Below, piece by piece: positions 46,066-59,900 of a DNA stretch of 64,000 nucleotides. Numbering within the stretch: position 1 is the stretch's first letter; every line of letters starts with the position of its first letter. The DNA is from Macrostomum lignano (Eukaryota). The notes beneath the pieces were generated by a model. It searched no databases, was not told the origin of the DNA, and saw only the letters and a list, made by a program, of their open reading frames with translations. The translations under genes were made by a program, and so were the position numbers. The stretch lies in assembly GCA_002269645.1 (NCBI GenBank), contig NIVC01002146.1:62001-126000 (forward strand). The letters run 5' to 3'.

Positions 46066-47630
46066 GTGAAGATACCCATCTTGTACCTATGAAGATACCC
46101 ATCTTGTACCTATGAAGATACCCATCTTGTACCTATGAAGATACCCATCTTGTACCTATGAAGATACCCATCTTGTACCTATGAAGATACCCATCTTGTA
46201 CCTATGAAGATACCCATCTTGTACCTATGAAGATACCCATCTTGTACCTATGAAGATACCCATCTTGTACCTATGAAGATACCCATCTTGTACCCATGAA
46301 GATACCCATCTTGTACCTATGAAGATACCCATCTTGTACCTATGAAGATACCCATCTTGTACCTATGAAGATACCCATCTTGTACCTATGAAGATACCCG
46401 TCCTGTACCTACGAAGATACCCGCTCTGAACCCATGAAGATACCCATCTTGTACCTATGAAGATACCCATCTTGTACCTATGAAGATACCCATCTTGTAC
46501 CTATGAAGATACCCATCTTGTACCTATGAAGATACCCATCTTGTACCTATGAAGATACCCATCTTGTACCCATGAAGATACCCATCTTGTACCTATGAAG
46601 ATACCCATCTTGTACCTATGAAGATACCCATCTTGTACCTATGAAGATACCCATCTTGTACCTATGAAGATACCCGTCCTGTACCTACGAAGATACCCGC
46701 TCTGAACCCATGAAGATACCCATCTTGTACCTATGAAGATACCCATCTTGTACCTATGAAGATACCCATCTTGTACCTATGAAGATACCCATCTTGTACC
46801 TATGAAGATACCCATCTTGTACCTATGAAGATACCCGTCCTGTACCTACGAAGATACCCGCTCTGAACCCATGAAGATACCCATCTTGTACCTATGAAGA
46901 TACCCATCTTGTACCTATGAAGATACCCATCTTGTACCTATGAAGATACCCATCTTGTACCTATGAAGATACCCATCTTGTACCTATGAAGATACCCATC
47001 TTGTACCTATGAGATACCCGTCCTGTACCTACGAAGATACCCGCTCTGAACCCATGAAGATACCCATCTTGTACCTATGAAGATACCCATCTTGTACCTA
47101 TGAAGATACCCATCTTGTACCTATGAAGATACCCATCTTGTACCTATGAAGATACCCATCTTGTACCTATGAAGATACCCATCTTGTACCTATGAAGATA
47201 CCCATCTTGTACCTATGAAGATGCCCATCTTGTACCTATGAAGATACCCATCTTGTACCTATGAAGATACCCATCTTGTACCTATGAAGATACCCATCTT
47301 GTACCCATGAAGATACCCATCTTGTACCTATGAAGATACCAATCTTGTACCTATGAAGATACCCATCTTGTACCTATGAAGATACCCGCTCTGAACCCAT
47401 GAAGATACTCGCTCTGAAACCATGAAGATACCCATCTTGTACCCATGAAGATACCCATCTTGTACCTATGAAGATACCCATCTTGTACCCATGAAGATAC
47501 CCATCCTGTACCTATGAAGATATCCGCTCTGAACCGATGAAGATACTCGCTTTGAACCCATGAAGATACCCGCTTTGAACCCATGAAGATACCCGCTCAA
47601 AACCCATGAAGATACCCGCTCAAAACCCAT
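46066..47630. repeat. Minisatellite, 23-bp unit, ~68 copies
   Basis: gaagatacccatcttgtacctat, with recurring variant units. Confidence 0.96.
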
Positions 47631-48223
47631 TTTCCTGTCACAGAATATCCCTGCAATCATAGTCTTCCTTCAATCAATCTTTGTTCAAACAAGATAATCT
47701 TGTCGGCGCTAATCCGCTAATCGGGGGGGGGGCTTTGTCCACTTCTAACTCAGATAAAGTCAGCTTTTCTTCATCGATTCCCCCATGCCCAGCTAAATGA
47801 TGGATAATTTAGGGCGGTTATGCTTGCAGTTTAGGGTGAGTAAACAATTCTTGGCATGAAAAATCTGGGATAAATTAAGCTTGCAATCTTCGTTTTTTCG
47901 GGTAGCGGCAGGTGCCCCGTGGCGCCGCTGTGTCTGCTAAAACGATAAACTAAACTATTGGATCCGTCTCCCCATCTCCGCGTGCAGATATCCCCATCAC
48001 AATGGCATGCCAATGTCGTGTTCCACCACCTTTCTCTGTCTTCACGAAGGCCTCCCAAAACTGATTGGGAAATCTTTGACTTTGAAAACTTTCTCCATGC
48101 ATGGCAAAGAATTTTCATAGAGTTTGCATTCAGGAAGCTGAGATGATGGACAGTCTGAATGGCGGCACCACGGAATGGGATCTGGTACCTGGAATGGGAA
48201 CTATTTGCCAAGACCTCGTCTAT

Positions 48224-48960
48224 GATCCCATCCTTGATCCCATCCTTGATTCCATCCTTGATCTCATCCACGATCCCATCTTTGATCCCATCCTTGATCC
48301 CATCCATGATCTCATCCTTGATCCATCCTTGATCCCATCCATGATCCCATCCTTGATCCCATCCTTGATCCCATCCATGATCTCATCCTTGATCCATCCT
48401 TGATCCCATCCATGATCCCATCCATGATCCCATCTTTGATCCCATCCTTGATCCCATCCATGATCTCATCCTTGATCCATCCTTGATCCCATCCATGATC
48501 CCATCCTTGATCCCATCCTTGATCCCATCCATGATCTCATCCTTGATCCATCCTTGATCCCATCCATGATCCCATCCATGATCCCATCTTTGATCCCATC
48601 CTTGATCCCATCCATGATCTCATCCTTGATCCCATCCTTGATCCCATCCATGATCCCATCCTTGATCCCATCCTTGATCCCATCCATGATCTCATCCTTG
48701 ATCCATCCTTGATCCCATCCATGATCCCATCCATGATCCCATCTTTGATCCCATCCTTGATCCCATCCATGATCTCATCCTTGATCCATCCTTGATCCCA
48801 TCCATGATCCCATCCATGATCCCATCTTTGATCTCATCCTTGATCCCATCCTTGATCCCATCCTTGATCCCATCCTTGATCCCATCCTTGATCCCATCCT
48901 TGATCCTATCCTATCCTTGATAGTATCCATAATCTCATCCTTGATCCCATCCATGATCCA
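48224..48960. repeat. 12-bp tandem repeat
   Basis: gatcccatcctt / gatcccatccat. Confidence 0.95.
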
Positions 48961-49614
48961 TCTTACAATCCAATCAATGAGCATCCATGATCCCACACTT
49001 GATGCTACTCATGATTTCATCCATAATCCCATCCACCATTCCAGAAGCAATGGTGATATTTCAGCATCCATAAACAGGCCTCGGCAAGCACCACAGTTTC
49101 TCTTTCCAGACGCTCTTATTCAGAGCTCCTTGGCTGCACCAGCCCAAATCAATGTAGCCAAATATTTAATTAATCCCGACTGTAATTATGCTAGCTATTT
49201 TAAGGCAGTAATAAAATTGGCCAATCAATTAAAAATATTCGATGGATGGCGGCGAACTTTTCTCTCTGAAAAGGCGTTTTTCAGCCGGCTTCACTTCCCC
49301 GTCTCCTTGGCAACCAGAAGCCGAAAGGCAAAAGTCAGCAAATTTCAATAATTTCGGTTGCAGCCGAATGAAAAGTCGGCTGGCCTCACAAGTGGCGCTC
49401 TTGAAGACAAGCCAGAACACTTCTGCTTGCCTTCTGCTCCTGCAGAATCTGCATATGGCTATTTATTTATTGAACTCTTTGCGCAGGGTAAATGTTTGCA
49501 AAAAAATTAATTTACTTTTTTTGAATAAAGCTTAAACAGATACAAATGTGTTTCGTTAAAAAGGTTACCTGGATACAAAATACCCGTTCTTTGCGGCAAT
49601 CATTTTCTACGAAC

Positions 49615-49991
49615 TCATCCGGTAAGGGAGTGCCATCATCCAGTAAGGGAGTGCCATCATCCGGTAAGGGAGTGCCATCATCCGGTAAGGGAGTGCCATC
49701 ATCCGGTAAGGGAGTGCCATCATCCGGTAAGGGAGTGCCATCATCCGGTAAGGGAGTGCCATCATCCGGTAAGGGAGTGCCATCATCCGGTAAGGGAGTG
49801 CCATCATCCGGTAAGGGAGTGCCATCATCCGGTAAGGGAGTGCCATCATCCGGTAAGGGAGTGCCATCATCCGGTAAGGGAGTGCCATCATCCGGTAAGG
49901 GAGTGCCATCATCCGGTAAGGGAGTGCCATCATCCGGTAAGGGAGTGCCATCATCCGGTAAGGGAGTGCCATCATCCGGTAAGGGAGTGCC
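49615..49991. repeat. Near-perfect 21-bp tandem repeat x ~18
   Basis: ggtaagggagtgccatcatcc. Confidence 0.96.
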
Positions 49992-51164
49992 ATATATGCT
50001 TGTAATTGCGCCTTACGCCTTACGCCTCACAGAAATCATCTTTAAGAAAACCCAGAAACCTCTTGGTCAGAAGGAGCAGCAATAACAGAGGCACAAATTT
50101 CCTCTATTAACCTGTTTAAACCTGCCGACCCAATGGACCAGGCGTTCTGTCATCAGTCCGCTACACGCACAGTTGCAGCGGCTGAAGTGGCACAATACCA
50201 GTCTGAAAGCGAGTGGACATTCATTCGGCAAAGCTCAATTCATCATTTAATTTATGATCAGGACATGCGCTGGACTGGACAGACACACTGGCAGACAGGC
50301 AGACAGGCAGACAGGCAGACAGGCTACAGATGGACGGAGATCCGAGAAATGCGGTGGAGCAGCCACCATCAGTCGCGGTTCTACGCGTCTCTTGATTGCC
50401 CCCCGCCCCCTGGTGCAACTGTTTACGTCAGGTGTCGCCTATTTGTGCCAACTGCCCTCCCCTCCGGTGCGGCTCCCGGATCCGCATTCCCCCCGTTCCG
50501 TTTCCTATGCAGTGCGAGAATTAATTTTGATCTGCGCAATTCAAGCCAGCCAGTCAGTCAGTTGCAGCCGGTCATGTGTCTGCAGTAAATTCGTCAGCTA
50601 TGAGCTCATGCCCTATACTTCAATTACGCGGCCAACCATATTCAACATTGAAGACGATTGTCTATGGCCAAAACCGTTTATGGGGAGAGCAGTTGAATTT
50701 GACTGCTCTGTGCCTTGAATTCAATGCTCTCTGTCTGCGTCATAGACGGTGTTTTGTCCATAGACAAAATTAGAAACATTGCTCAGATATCATACGAATA
50801 CATATTTATGTATAAATATTTTAACAAAAAACTGTTGGCAATTATCAAATATTCCAGGAATGCAAATTTTTGTGAAAATATTTTCTTTTTTTCATGTTTA
50901 AAACCAGTCTAACGAATTCCTTAACAATATTCTGCGGCAGTATCAGGGTGTGAAAATATTTCTGTAGCACTGGACCCAGCCTCCGCTGTGATGAAGTTAA
51001 TTTGTGAACTCTGAAATATTTATTTTGATATTTATTTACGAGCTCGTATTTTAGAGTGAAATCCTAATTGCCAGAACCCTGAAAACTCTTTAACCTTATC
51101 TTAAATTGGGTTACTGAAATAATGTCTGATTGACAGTGTGGACTTCTTTGAGAGTCTGGCAGAT

Positions 51165-51510
51165 AGATTTTAGATACACGGGTAGACTGGCAGATAGACG
51201 GTTGATAAACGGGTAGACTGGCAGATAGACGGTTGATAAACGGGTAGACTGGCAGATAGACTTTAGATACACGGGTAGACAGGCAGACAGACGGTCGATA
51301 CACGGGTAGACAGGCAGACAGACGGTCGATACACGGGTAGACTGGCAGATAAACGGTAGATACACGAGTAGACTGGCAGATAGACGGTTGATACACGGGT
51401 AGACTGGCAGATAAACGGTAGATACACGGGTAGACTGGCAGTTAAACGTTAGATACATGGGTAGACTGGCAGATAGACGGTAGATACACGGGTAGAATGG
51501 CAGATAAAAG
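51165..51510. repeat. Minisatellite, ~31-bp unit, ~11 copies
   Basis: gatacacgggtagactggcagatagacggtt variants. Confidence 0.92.
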
Positions 51511-52527
51511 GTAGTTAAAAGCAAGCTGGGCAGGCCCGGAGGCTGAGGGCGCAGGCTGGATGCTTCATCTGGCGTATCATAACAATCATAACATACTTTT
51601 CCTAGCTACATATCTTTTTTCCACAAACATCTCCATTGGCCCATCAAGCTGGTCCCCGCCAGCATCTGCCGTGTAAACAGGCCAGCGAATGCTTTGCTAT
51701 TGAGGCCCTGACGGGTCAGTTTATTGGGTAGCTTAAATAAACTTTCCAGATTCCCAGAATCCTCAGCCAGGGTGCAGCAACGGCCGGTGGCTCAAGTGGC
51801 CAACCGCCTGTCTGCGAAAGAAGCTCCTTTAGCCGGCCCCTGCAACCACCAGCTGCTGGCTGTCACACACCGGGAGCGGCTCCCCATATTTTTATACAAA
51901 CAATAATTCCAATGGGAGCTGCTGGAACACTAATAACTCCACTGGATTGTCTGTTGCTTGGAGTTTAAAGAGACTTTTTTCGTGTTTGCCTTGTCAGTTG
52001 TTTCCGGGGGGGGGGGGGGAGGGCGGCGGTGGCCCCTCATCATTAACCTGCTGGGGTTGGCGGCGGCGGTCCGCAGTATCTGACCAATGTCTGGCAGGGA
52101 TTTCCATAGCAGATATTTCTAAAAAAATCCGATCAAGGCAAAAAATCAAAGCTGATATTTAAATAACCTCCCCCCCCCTGCGGTTGTGCAACTCGAGTGC
52201 CTTCTGCTTTCGCCGCTCTTCTAGGAGAGAAGCTGGAATGAGAATTTTTTAAACAAGAAAACAATTGACAAAGCAAATCCTCTGCCCCGGAGACTGAGCT
52301 AATTGACTCGACAGCAACCAAAGTGAAAGTGGCGCCCTACTGGGACTCGATTAGCGTCACCTGACTGCGGGGTGTCTCGGTTGTCAAGGGGTCCAGTCTT
52401 TATTCTCTACTGACCGCGCCTTTGACTGCCGCCATAGAGCGATGCTCACACAAAAGAGCCTCAGGGTGTTAATATTGACTGCATAAGTTTTAGCTGGTGT
52501 CTCGGCACTGAGCATGCCTTTTTTCTA

Positions 52528-52775
52528 TGGGTGTACTTCTCCATGAGTGTACTTCTCTATGGATGTACTTCTATGGGAGTGTACTTATCTATGAGTGTAC
52601 TTATCTATGAGTGTACTTCTCTATGGGTGTACTTCTCTATGATTGTACTTCTCTATGGGTGTACTTCTCTATGAGTGTACTTCTCTATGGGTGTACTTCT
52701 ATGGGAGGGTACTTATCTATGAGTGTACTTCTATGTGAGTGTACTTCCCCATGAATGTACTTCTATATGGGTGTA
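52528..52775. repeat. Minisatellite, ~16-bp unit
   Basis: ctatgggtgtacttct variants. Confidence 0.9.
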
Positions 52776-53699
52776 TTTCTCTTCTCAATCGGTGTATTTC
52801 TTGATTAGTGTACTTCTCACTGATTCGATCTACATATCTCAGGGTGGCATCTCAACCCTTTTGTCAGTGAGTAGGCGGTGACTGACACCAGTGTTGTGAA
52901 GTTAGGAAATCAACAAATAAATTAATAAAGTCTACTTTGCTTTCGCATTTTTCTGGAATGTGTCAGAGTGAGCCGCTCAGCAGGCACATAAAATATAACC
53001 GTTCAAGAAGTGACAAATAGTATATTTTTTAATTTAAATAATATAACTCTCCAAGAAAACGAACTCACAAAAATTAGTAAACAATATTTAATTACAATTT
53101 AATACACAGAGGGAATTGGCCAGCAAAAAATAGAATTTATTAGTTAATTATTTTTTGTGATTTGACGGATTTGCTTTGACACAAATGTTTAATACAATTT
53201 TTAAAATGTATCACAAATATTATTTATGCATGTAAGCACGTGTACTACACTAAATTTAAGTTAAAATTTAATAAAATTAAAGTTTATTAGTAATATATAA
53301 AAACTTCAACTTTTTACAAATATTAGTGTTTTAAACTAATTTCTTTAGTTTATAAGTCTAAAATTGTAATGAAAATGTTTGAAAATCCAAAAATAACATT
53401 TCTACTGTAAACTCTTGCAAGTCATCTGTTTCTACTAAAAGTAGCAAAACAGGAAAGCGTCAGGAAAAAATAATTCGAGGTTATACGAAGTTCAACCATT
53501 TCGATTTGTCATACTTGATAAACATGTAATTATTAATTAATTTTGATATAGCATTTAAAAAACAAGAATGTAAAAGGAACGTTATGTACTCGTAAATGTA
53601 AAGTCAAAATTAAAAAATGTTTACTAACTGTACTAAAATTCTAATAAATTAATGATTTTAATCCTGGGGCTTTAAAAAGCTTAGGAAATTTGGAGATTT

Positions 53700-53907
53700 A
53701 TCTCAAATTTAGAAATGGCATTTCAAATTTAGAAATGGCATCTCAAATTTAGAAATGGCATCTCAAATTTAAAAATGGCATCTTAAATTTAGAAATGGCA
53801 GCTCAAATTTAGAAATGACATCTCAAATTTGGAAATGGCGTCTCAAATTAGAAAATGGCATCTCAAATTCGGAAATGGCATCGCAAATTAGAAAATGGCA
53901 TCTCAAA
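53700..53907. repeat. Minisatellite, 20-bp unit, ~10 copies, just 3' of NPHP4
   Basis: tctcaaatttagaaatggca. Confidence 0.92.
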
Positions 53908-53953
53908 CATGGAAACAGAATCTTCATAAATGTATCCTAAAATGACAGGGTGC

Positions 53954-56900
53954 TCATCTTTCGGCGGCGTTGGCGGCGTCCCCGTAGGTGACCCGGAACA
54001 GCACCGTCTCCTCGTTGCGCCCGGCGTCGTCGTAGATGAAGAAAAAGATGCTGGCCCGCCCCGGCGAAGTCTGCGGCACGAAGTGCAGCCGGATGGTGTC
54101 CTGGCCGTGGCCCGGCAGCGACATCTCGGTTGGCGAGAACTGCAACAGGTCCGGCCGGTTGCAGCTCACGATGAAACGCTTAGCAATCGAGTACTCGTTG
54201 GTGTAGTTGAACTTCCGGTTGCAGTGCCGGCCGCCGCCGAGCGGCAGGGCGACGTCCAGAGTGCGGATGAGTTCGGGCAGCTCACAGGACACGTTGAACA
54301 GCCAGCACTTCAGCAGCTGGTGCAGATCGGCGTCCACCAGGGAGACTCGGTAGGAAGCCCGACCGACCGACCGCGGTTGAACGGCCACCGTGACCTCGCG
54401 AGACGTCGCCGCGGGCAGGGCGAACGGCTCGGACGGTTCGACGCTGATTTCGCCCGGATGCGACGGGTAGCAGCAGATCCGGCGGGTGTTGGCGAAGCCG
54501 CGAATGAGCAGCGCGCGCTGGGCTGGCTGGCCCAGACTGCAGGTGATGTCCACCTGTTCGATGGGGTTGGAAATTGCTGTTTTAGTGCGATATACATTCT
54601 GCTTACCTGGCTGACCGTCCGAGGGTCAAGAGAGTACGTACGTTAAGGATCACAAGGGACAGTCGGTGCGTCAAAGAATCGGAAGGAACAGTCGGTGCAT
54701 CAAAGGATCACAAGGGACAGTCGGTGCATCAAAGAATCACAAGGGACAGTCGGTGCATCAAAGAATCATAAGGGACAGTCGGTGCATCAAAGGATCACAA
54801 GGAACAGTCAGTGCATCAAAGAATCACAAGGGACAGTCGGTACATCAAAGGATCGGAAGGGACAGTCGGTGCATCAAAGGATCATAAGGGACAGTCGGTG
54901 CATCAAAGAATCACAAGGGACAGTCGGTGCATCAAAGAATCATAAGGGACAGTCGGTGCATCAAAGGATCACAAGGAACAGTCGGTGCATCAAAGAATCA
55001 CAAGGGACAGTCGGTGCATCAAAGAATCATAAGGGACAGTCGGTGCATCAAAGGATCACAAGGAACAGTCAGTGCATCAAAGAATCACAAGGGACAGTCG
55101 GTGCATCAAAGAATCATAAGGGACAGTCGGTGCATCAAAGGATCACAAGGGACAGTCGGTGCATCAAAGGATCACAAGGGACAGTCGGTGCATCAAAGGA
55201 TCACAAGGAACAGTCGGTGCATCAAAGAATCACAAGGGACAGTCGGTGCATCAAAGAATCAGCTGATCACAAAATCCGGCACCTCACCTGTTGCAGTGAT
55301 TGCACCAGCAGCTGAGTGACCACCCGGGGTGCAATCTGGAACGGGTCGGTGTACACAGCTAGCAGCAGCCGCTGCATCCGCGGCGACTCGCCGCAGGACA
55401 GCTTGACAAACAGGTCCACCGGGTCGCCGGACTGTTTCGGCTGCTGTACGTGGCAGACGGCGTTGGGATCCGAGCACAGGTAAGTCACCTGGTTGCCATC
55501 GCCGGCGACGGCGGGCAGCGGCGGCATGCGGATGCTCCGCTTGAAGAAGGTGCTCTCGGATTGGTAGAAGCGCAGCGTCTGGTCCACCGCGGCCGGGTGG
55601 CGGTGCACTCGGACGTGCAGCACGGAGAGTAGCACGCCAGATTTGCTGCGAACGTAGGCCTGAAATGGTTCGGTGGGAGTCCGTGAACAGCGGGCAGCGT
55701 AGGGTTGGTACTGACCGTCTCTCATTGTCAGGAATGTACTCTTTGCTTAATAATGTGCCTTGAGAATTGGTTCTGATGCTATTGATAATGACGTCACTCT
55801 GTCAGCACTGCCATTGGCTCTGCTAATAATGGCGTCTTCTGCTCTTGTCCACAGCATAAAAAAGTAGAGAAACTTACAATTGAAGTTAATTTAAGCTTTA
55901 TAAATGCGCTAAACTTTCTACTGCTGCCAGCATCCAGAGCTAACCTTGACCCGCCGCTCGTCCGAAGTGTCGGGGCCGCCGTCGCCTAGCCGGAAGGCGG
56001 GAAGGCCTCCGGGCTGCCTGGGCTGAGATGACTCGGCCGCGGTGGCGGCTCCGGCGGCGGCGTAGGCGCCGGTCTCGAAGTATCGGAACGGGATGAGCAC
56101 CCGCTCCCTGGGCCGGGCCGTCAGGCGCGCGGCCTGGGCGGTGTTCCCCGGTCCGCCTTCGGCATCGTCGCGGTGGAACAGGTCGCGCTCGGTGTTCGTG
56201 GCGACGCCAAAGTGCGCCTTCAGAGCGAGGGTAACGGCTGGATCGGTGAGGATCTGCAGCCGGCGTTCCGTGTCCTCGACTTCCACCGAGACGTCCTCCA
56301 CGTTGTTGGACGGATTGTCGAAGGCGAATTCGAAGAACTCGGTGCAGCCAAAGGTGGTGTGAATGTCGTGCTCAACCGAGATAGTGGACTCGAGCAGGTC
56401 CATGATGACGCTGTCCTTGGCCCGCTCGCGAACAAAGTCGATGGTGTGCAGCTCGCGCAGGCTCTTCTCCCGGCTGGCCGCGTCAGCCCGGATGACCGCG
56501 GCTGCGTGCACGTCCGGCTCCGCCACCTGCGGATTCGCCGCCTTCACGGCCTGGAGGCGGGCGAGCCGGCGGGCGCGGTCGGAGTCGTCACCGGCGCCGC
56601 CTGCGAGCAATTAGGAAGGGCGGAGATGCGTTGCTATGGTTAGTGTGACAGGTTGTTAGTGTTGCTATGACGCATTTTTCTGATGCGTTTCTATGACGCG
56701 TTGCTATGACGCGTTGCTATGACGCGTTGCTATGACGCGTTGCTATGACGCGTTGCTATGACGCGTTGCTATGACGCGTTGCTATGACGCGTTGCTATGA
56801 CGCGTTGCTATGACGCGTTGCTATGACGCGTTGCTATGACGCGTTGCTATGACGCGTTGCTATGACGCGTTGCTATGACGCGTTGCTATGACGCGTTGCT

Positions 56901-59900
56901 ATGACGCGTTGCTATGACGCGTTGCTATGACGCGTTGCTATGACGCGTTGCTATGACGCGTTGCTATGACGCGTTGCTATGACGCGTTGCTATGACGCGT
57001 TGCTATGACGCGTTGCTATGACGCGTTGCTATGACGCGTTGCTATGACGCGTCGTTATATGATTACCAAACGCAGTGAATTCTGTCCCTCACCATTAAGC
57101 GCAACCCGCAGGTCCTTCGGCAAGTCGGCCTGGTGCACCCGAACCACTTTGGCCCTTGCTGATGAACGGCGAGTCCCGTCAACTGGCGCCGAGCGCTGGC
57201 CACTTGACGGCTCGGCGAGGTGGAGACTGCGCGTGGACCCGGGGCCAGCGCCGGCGCGATAGCCAACGCAGGCGGCGCGCACGTGCAGCTGCGGCGCAGC
57301 GCGCATCTGCCGCTCCGCCGGCTGGTCCGGCTGCAGGATCGCCAGCACCTGAGGTGATGGGGAGAAAGGGAGGCTGAGACAAGCACGCCTACAATTGGTG
57401 TTCAGTTATCGCTTGTCAGATTTGCGCCACTGATGTTGATTTAATTGTCCAGTTCTCAGACCTGAATGCTAACTTTATCCATAGGGCTCATCAAAACTGC
57501 AGAATTTCTCGCACCTGCCAGGTTTGCACAGCCTTTTTGCCCTGTCGCAGCAGCGGCCGCAGTCCCAGGCCGCAGGAGCCGATGTACAGCAGCGAGTCGC
57601 CGTCGAACACGTCAATGTGCAGCGAGTGGTCGCGCAGGTGAGCGGCCAGGCGGGCGCGCTCGCCGGGCAAGGCGGGCTCGGCGCTGAAGCGGACCTCGAA
57701 GCCAGGGGCGGTGGCCGCGGCGGCCGCTGCCCGCTCCAAGATGAAGGCGCGGCCGTCATCTGTGAAGCTGGTGTCGGCCAGCGCCAGCCGCTCCGTAGTG
57801 AGGTGCGGGAACCGGTAGAACTGGAAGGCCAGGAAGACGGAGCGCGGCCGCTTGGCGGTGCCGGTGCCTGCCGAGTAGGCAAGAAACTGCAGCACCAGCT
57901 CGTTGCCGGACATCGGGTCCTCCTCCTCCAGCCGCAGGTCCGCCGGCGGTCGTTTGGCCTCGTCGACAACTTCGGGCGGTTCGCCGTAGGCGTCCAGGAT
58001 CGGCGCGAAGCCGGCGCCGGCCAGCCGGGCGAAGTCGCCGCGGCCCAACGCGCAGACGGCGGTGCTCAGGTGGCGGCGCAGCGGCGCCAGCGAGGCGTCA
58101 GCGGCGACTGAAGCGGAGCCGCCATTGACGGTGGCCACGAGCGGACCGGAGCGGCTGGACAGGTGGCCGGCCGAGGCGAAGGGGTCTGCGGAGGAGGGGA
58201 ATACTGACGTTGTGCAACATGCACACAACTGGCTACTGACAGTAGGTCTACGACAATGCACTATCGGATACTAGAGACAAGCCAGCAATCAGGTGACAGA
58301 CTGCCAGCCATCAGGTGACAGACTGCCAGCCATCAGGTGACAGACTGCCAGCCATCAGGAGGCATGGATCGCCAGTGATATTAAAAGGCGGTCAGCACAA
58401 ACAACCGATTCCCCGCTGCCAGACTCACCCTGCTCAACGCCAACTCCATAGCCCTGTCGCATGAGCACCTGGGATAGCAGGAACACAGGGTTGCTCATCA
58501 GCGCCTGCTGCTGCTGCTGCTGCAGAGTCAGCGTGGAACCCGGCGGCGGCTCCGCGTCCTCGCCAGGCGCCACTCCGGCCGACGCCAGCGACATCCGCGC
58601 CGACGGGATCAGATTGGACTCGTCGAAGATCTGCTGCGGCTGCTGTCGCTGCTGCTGCTCAAAGTAGTGATGCTGGTGGCTCTGCAGTGTTGGCGGTTGC
58701 TGAGTGCTCATCGGTGAGGCGGCAGCAGCCGCAGCCGCCGAAGCAGCGGACGCCGCCGAGGCCACGAGGGTCGCCTTCAGCGTCACCTGATGCTGCGGCG
58801 CGCCCTGCGCAGAGCCCAGCCTGGCGTTCTGCTTGAACAGCAGCCGCCTGTCCGGGAACCGGGAGTCCGGCCCGCCGCCCAGCTGAAGGGCCACCCGAGC
58901 TGGCGGCTGCTGCTGCTGCTGTTGCTGGTCTTCGGGCAGCGAGTAAGCACCGTAGCGAACTGACAGAGTCTGCTGGGCCTTCGGCGCCCCAGACTGAGCG
59001 GCCGGCTCCGACATGACGTACTCCAGCACCAGCACCACGGCAATGCCGGGCCCGGGCGGCAGCTCCACCTGGGAGGGGGGCGGATAGCGGCGGTGAATGG
59101 CGGATGAGCAGGGCGGATGGAGCGGATGAGCAGGGCGGATGGAGCGGATGAGCAGGGCGGATGGAGCGGGTGAGCAGGGCAATGGAGCGGGTGAGCAGGG
59201 CAATGGAGCGAGTGAGCAGGGCGGATGGAGCGGATGAGCAGGGCGGATGAAGCGGGTGAGCAGTGCGGATGGAGCGGGTGAGCAGTGCGGATGGAGCGGA
59301 TGAGCAGGGCAATGGAGCGAGTGAGCAGGGCGGATGGAGCGGGTGAGCAGGGCTGGACACAGGGCGGATGAGCAGGGCAATGGAGCGAGTGAGCAGGGCG
59401 GATGGAGCGGATGAGCAGGGCAATGGAGCGGGTGAGCAGGGCAATGGAGCGAGTGAGCAGGGCGGATGGAGCGGATGAGCAGGGCGGATGAAGCGGGTGA
59501 GCAGTGCGGATGGAGCGGGTGAGCAGTGCGGATGGAGCGGATGAGCAGGGCAATGGAGCGAGTGAGCAGGGCGGATGGAGCGGGTGAGCAGGGCTGGACA
59601 CAGGGCGGATGAGCAGGGCAATGGAGCGAGTGAGCAGGGCGGATGGAGCGGATGAGCAGGGCGGATGGAGCGGGTGAGCAGGGCGGATGGAGCGGGTGAG
59701 CAGGGCAATGGAGCGGGTGAGCAGGGCGGATGGAGCGGATGAGCAGGGCGGATGGAGCGGGTGAGCAGGGCGGATGGAGCGGGTGAGCAGGGCAATGGAG
59801 CGGGTGAGCAGGGCGGATGGAGCGGGTGAGCAGGGCTGGACACAGGGCGGATGAGCAGGGCAATGGAGCGGATGAGCAGGGCGGATGGAGCGGGTGAGCA

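Noticed and set aside
47831-49535. Short ORFs around the 12-bp array
   Set aside because: No recognisable domain or splice chain, and partly repeat-derived.
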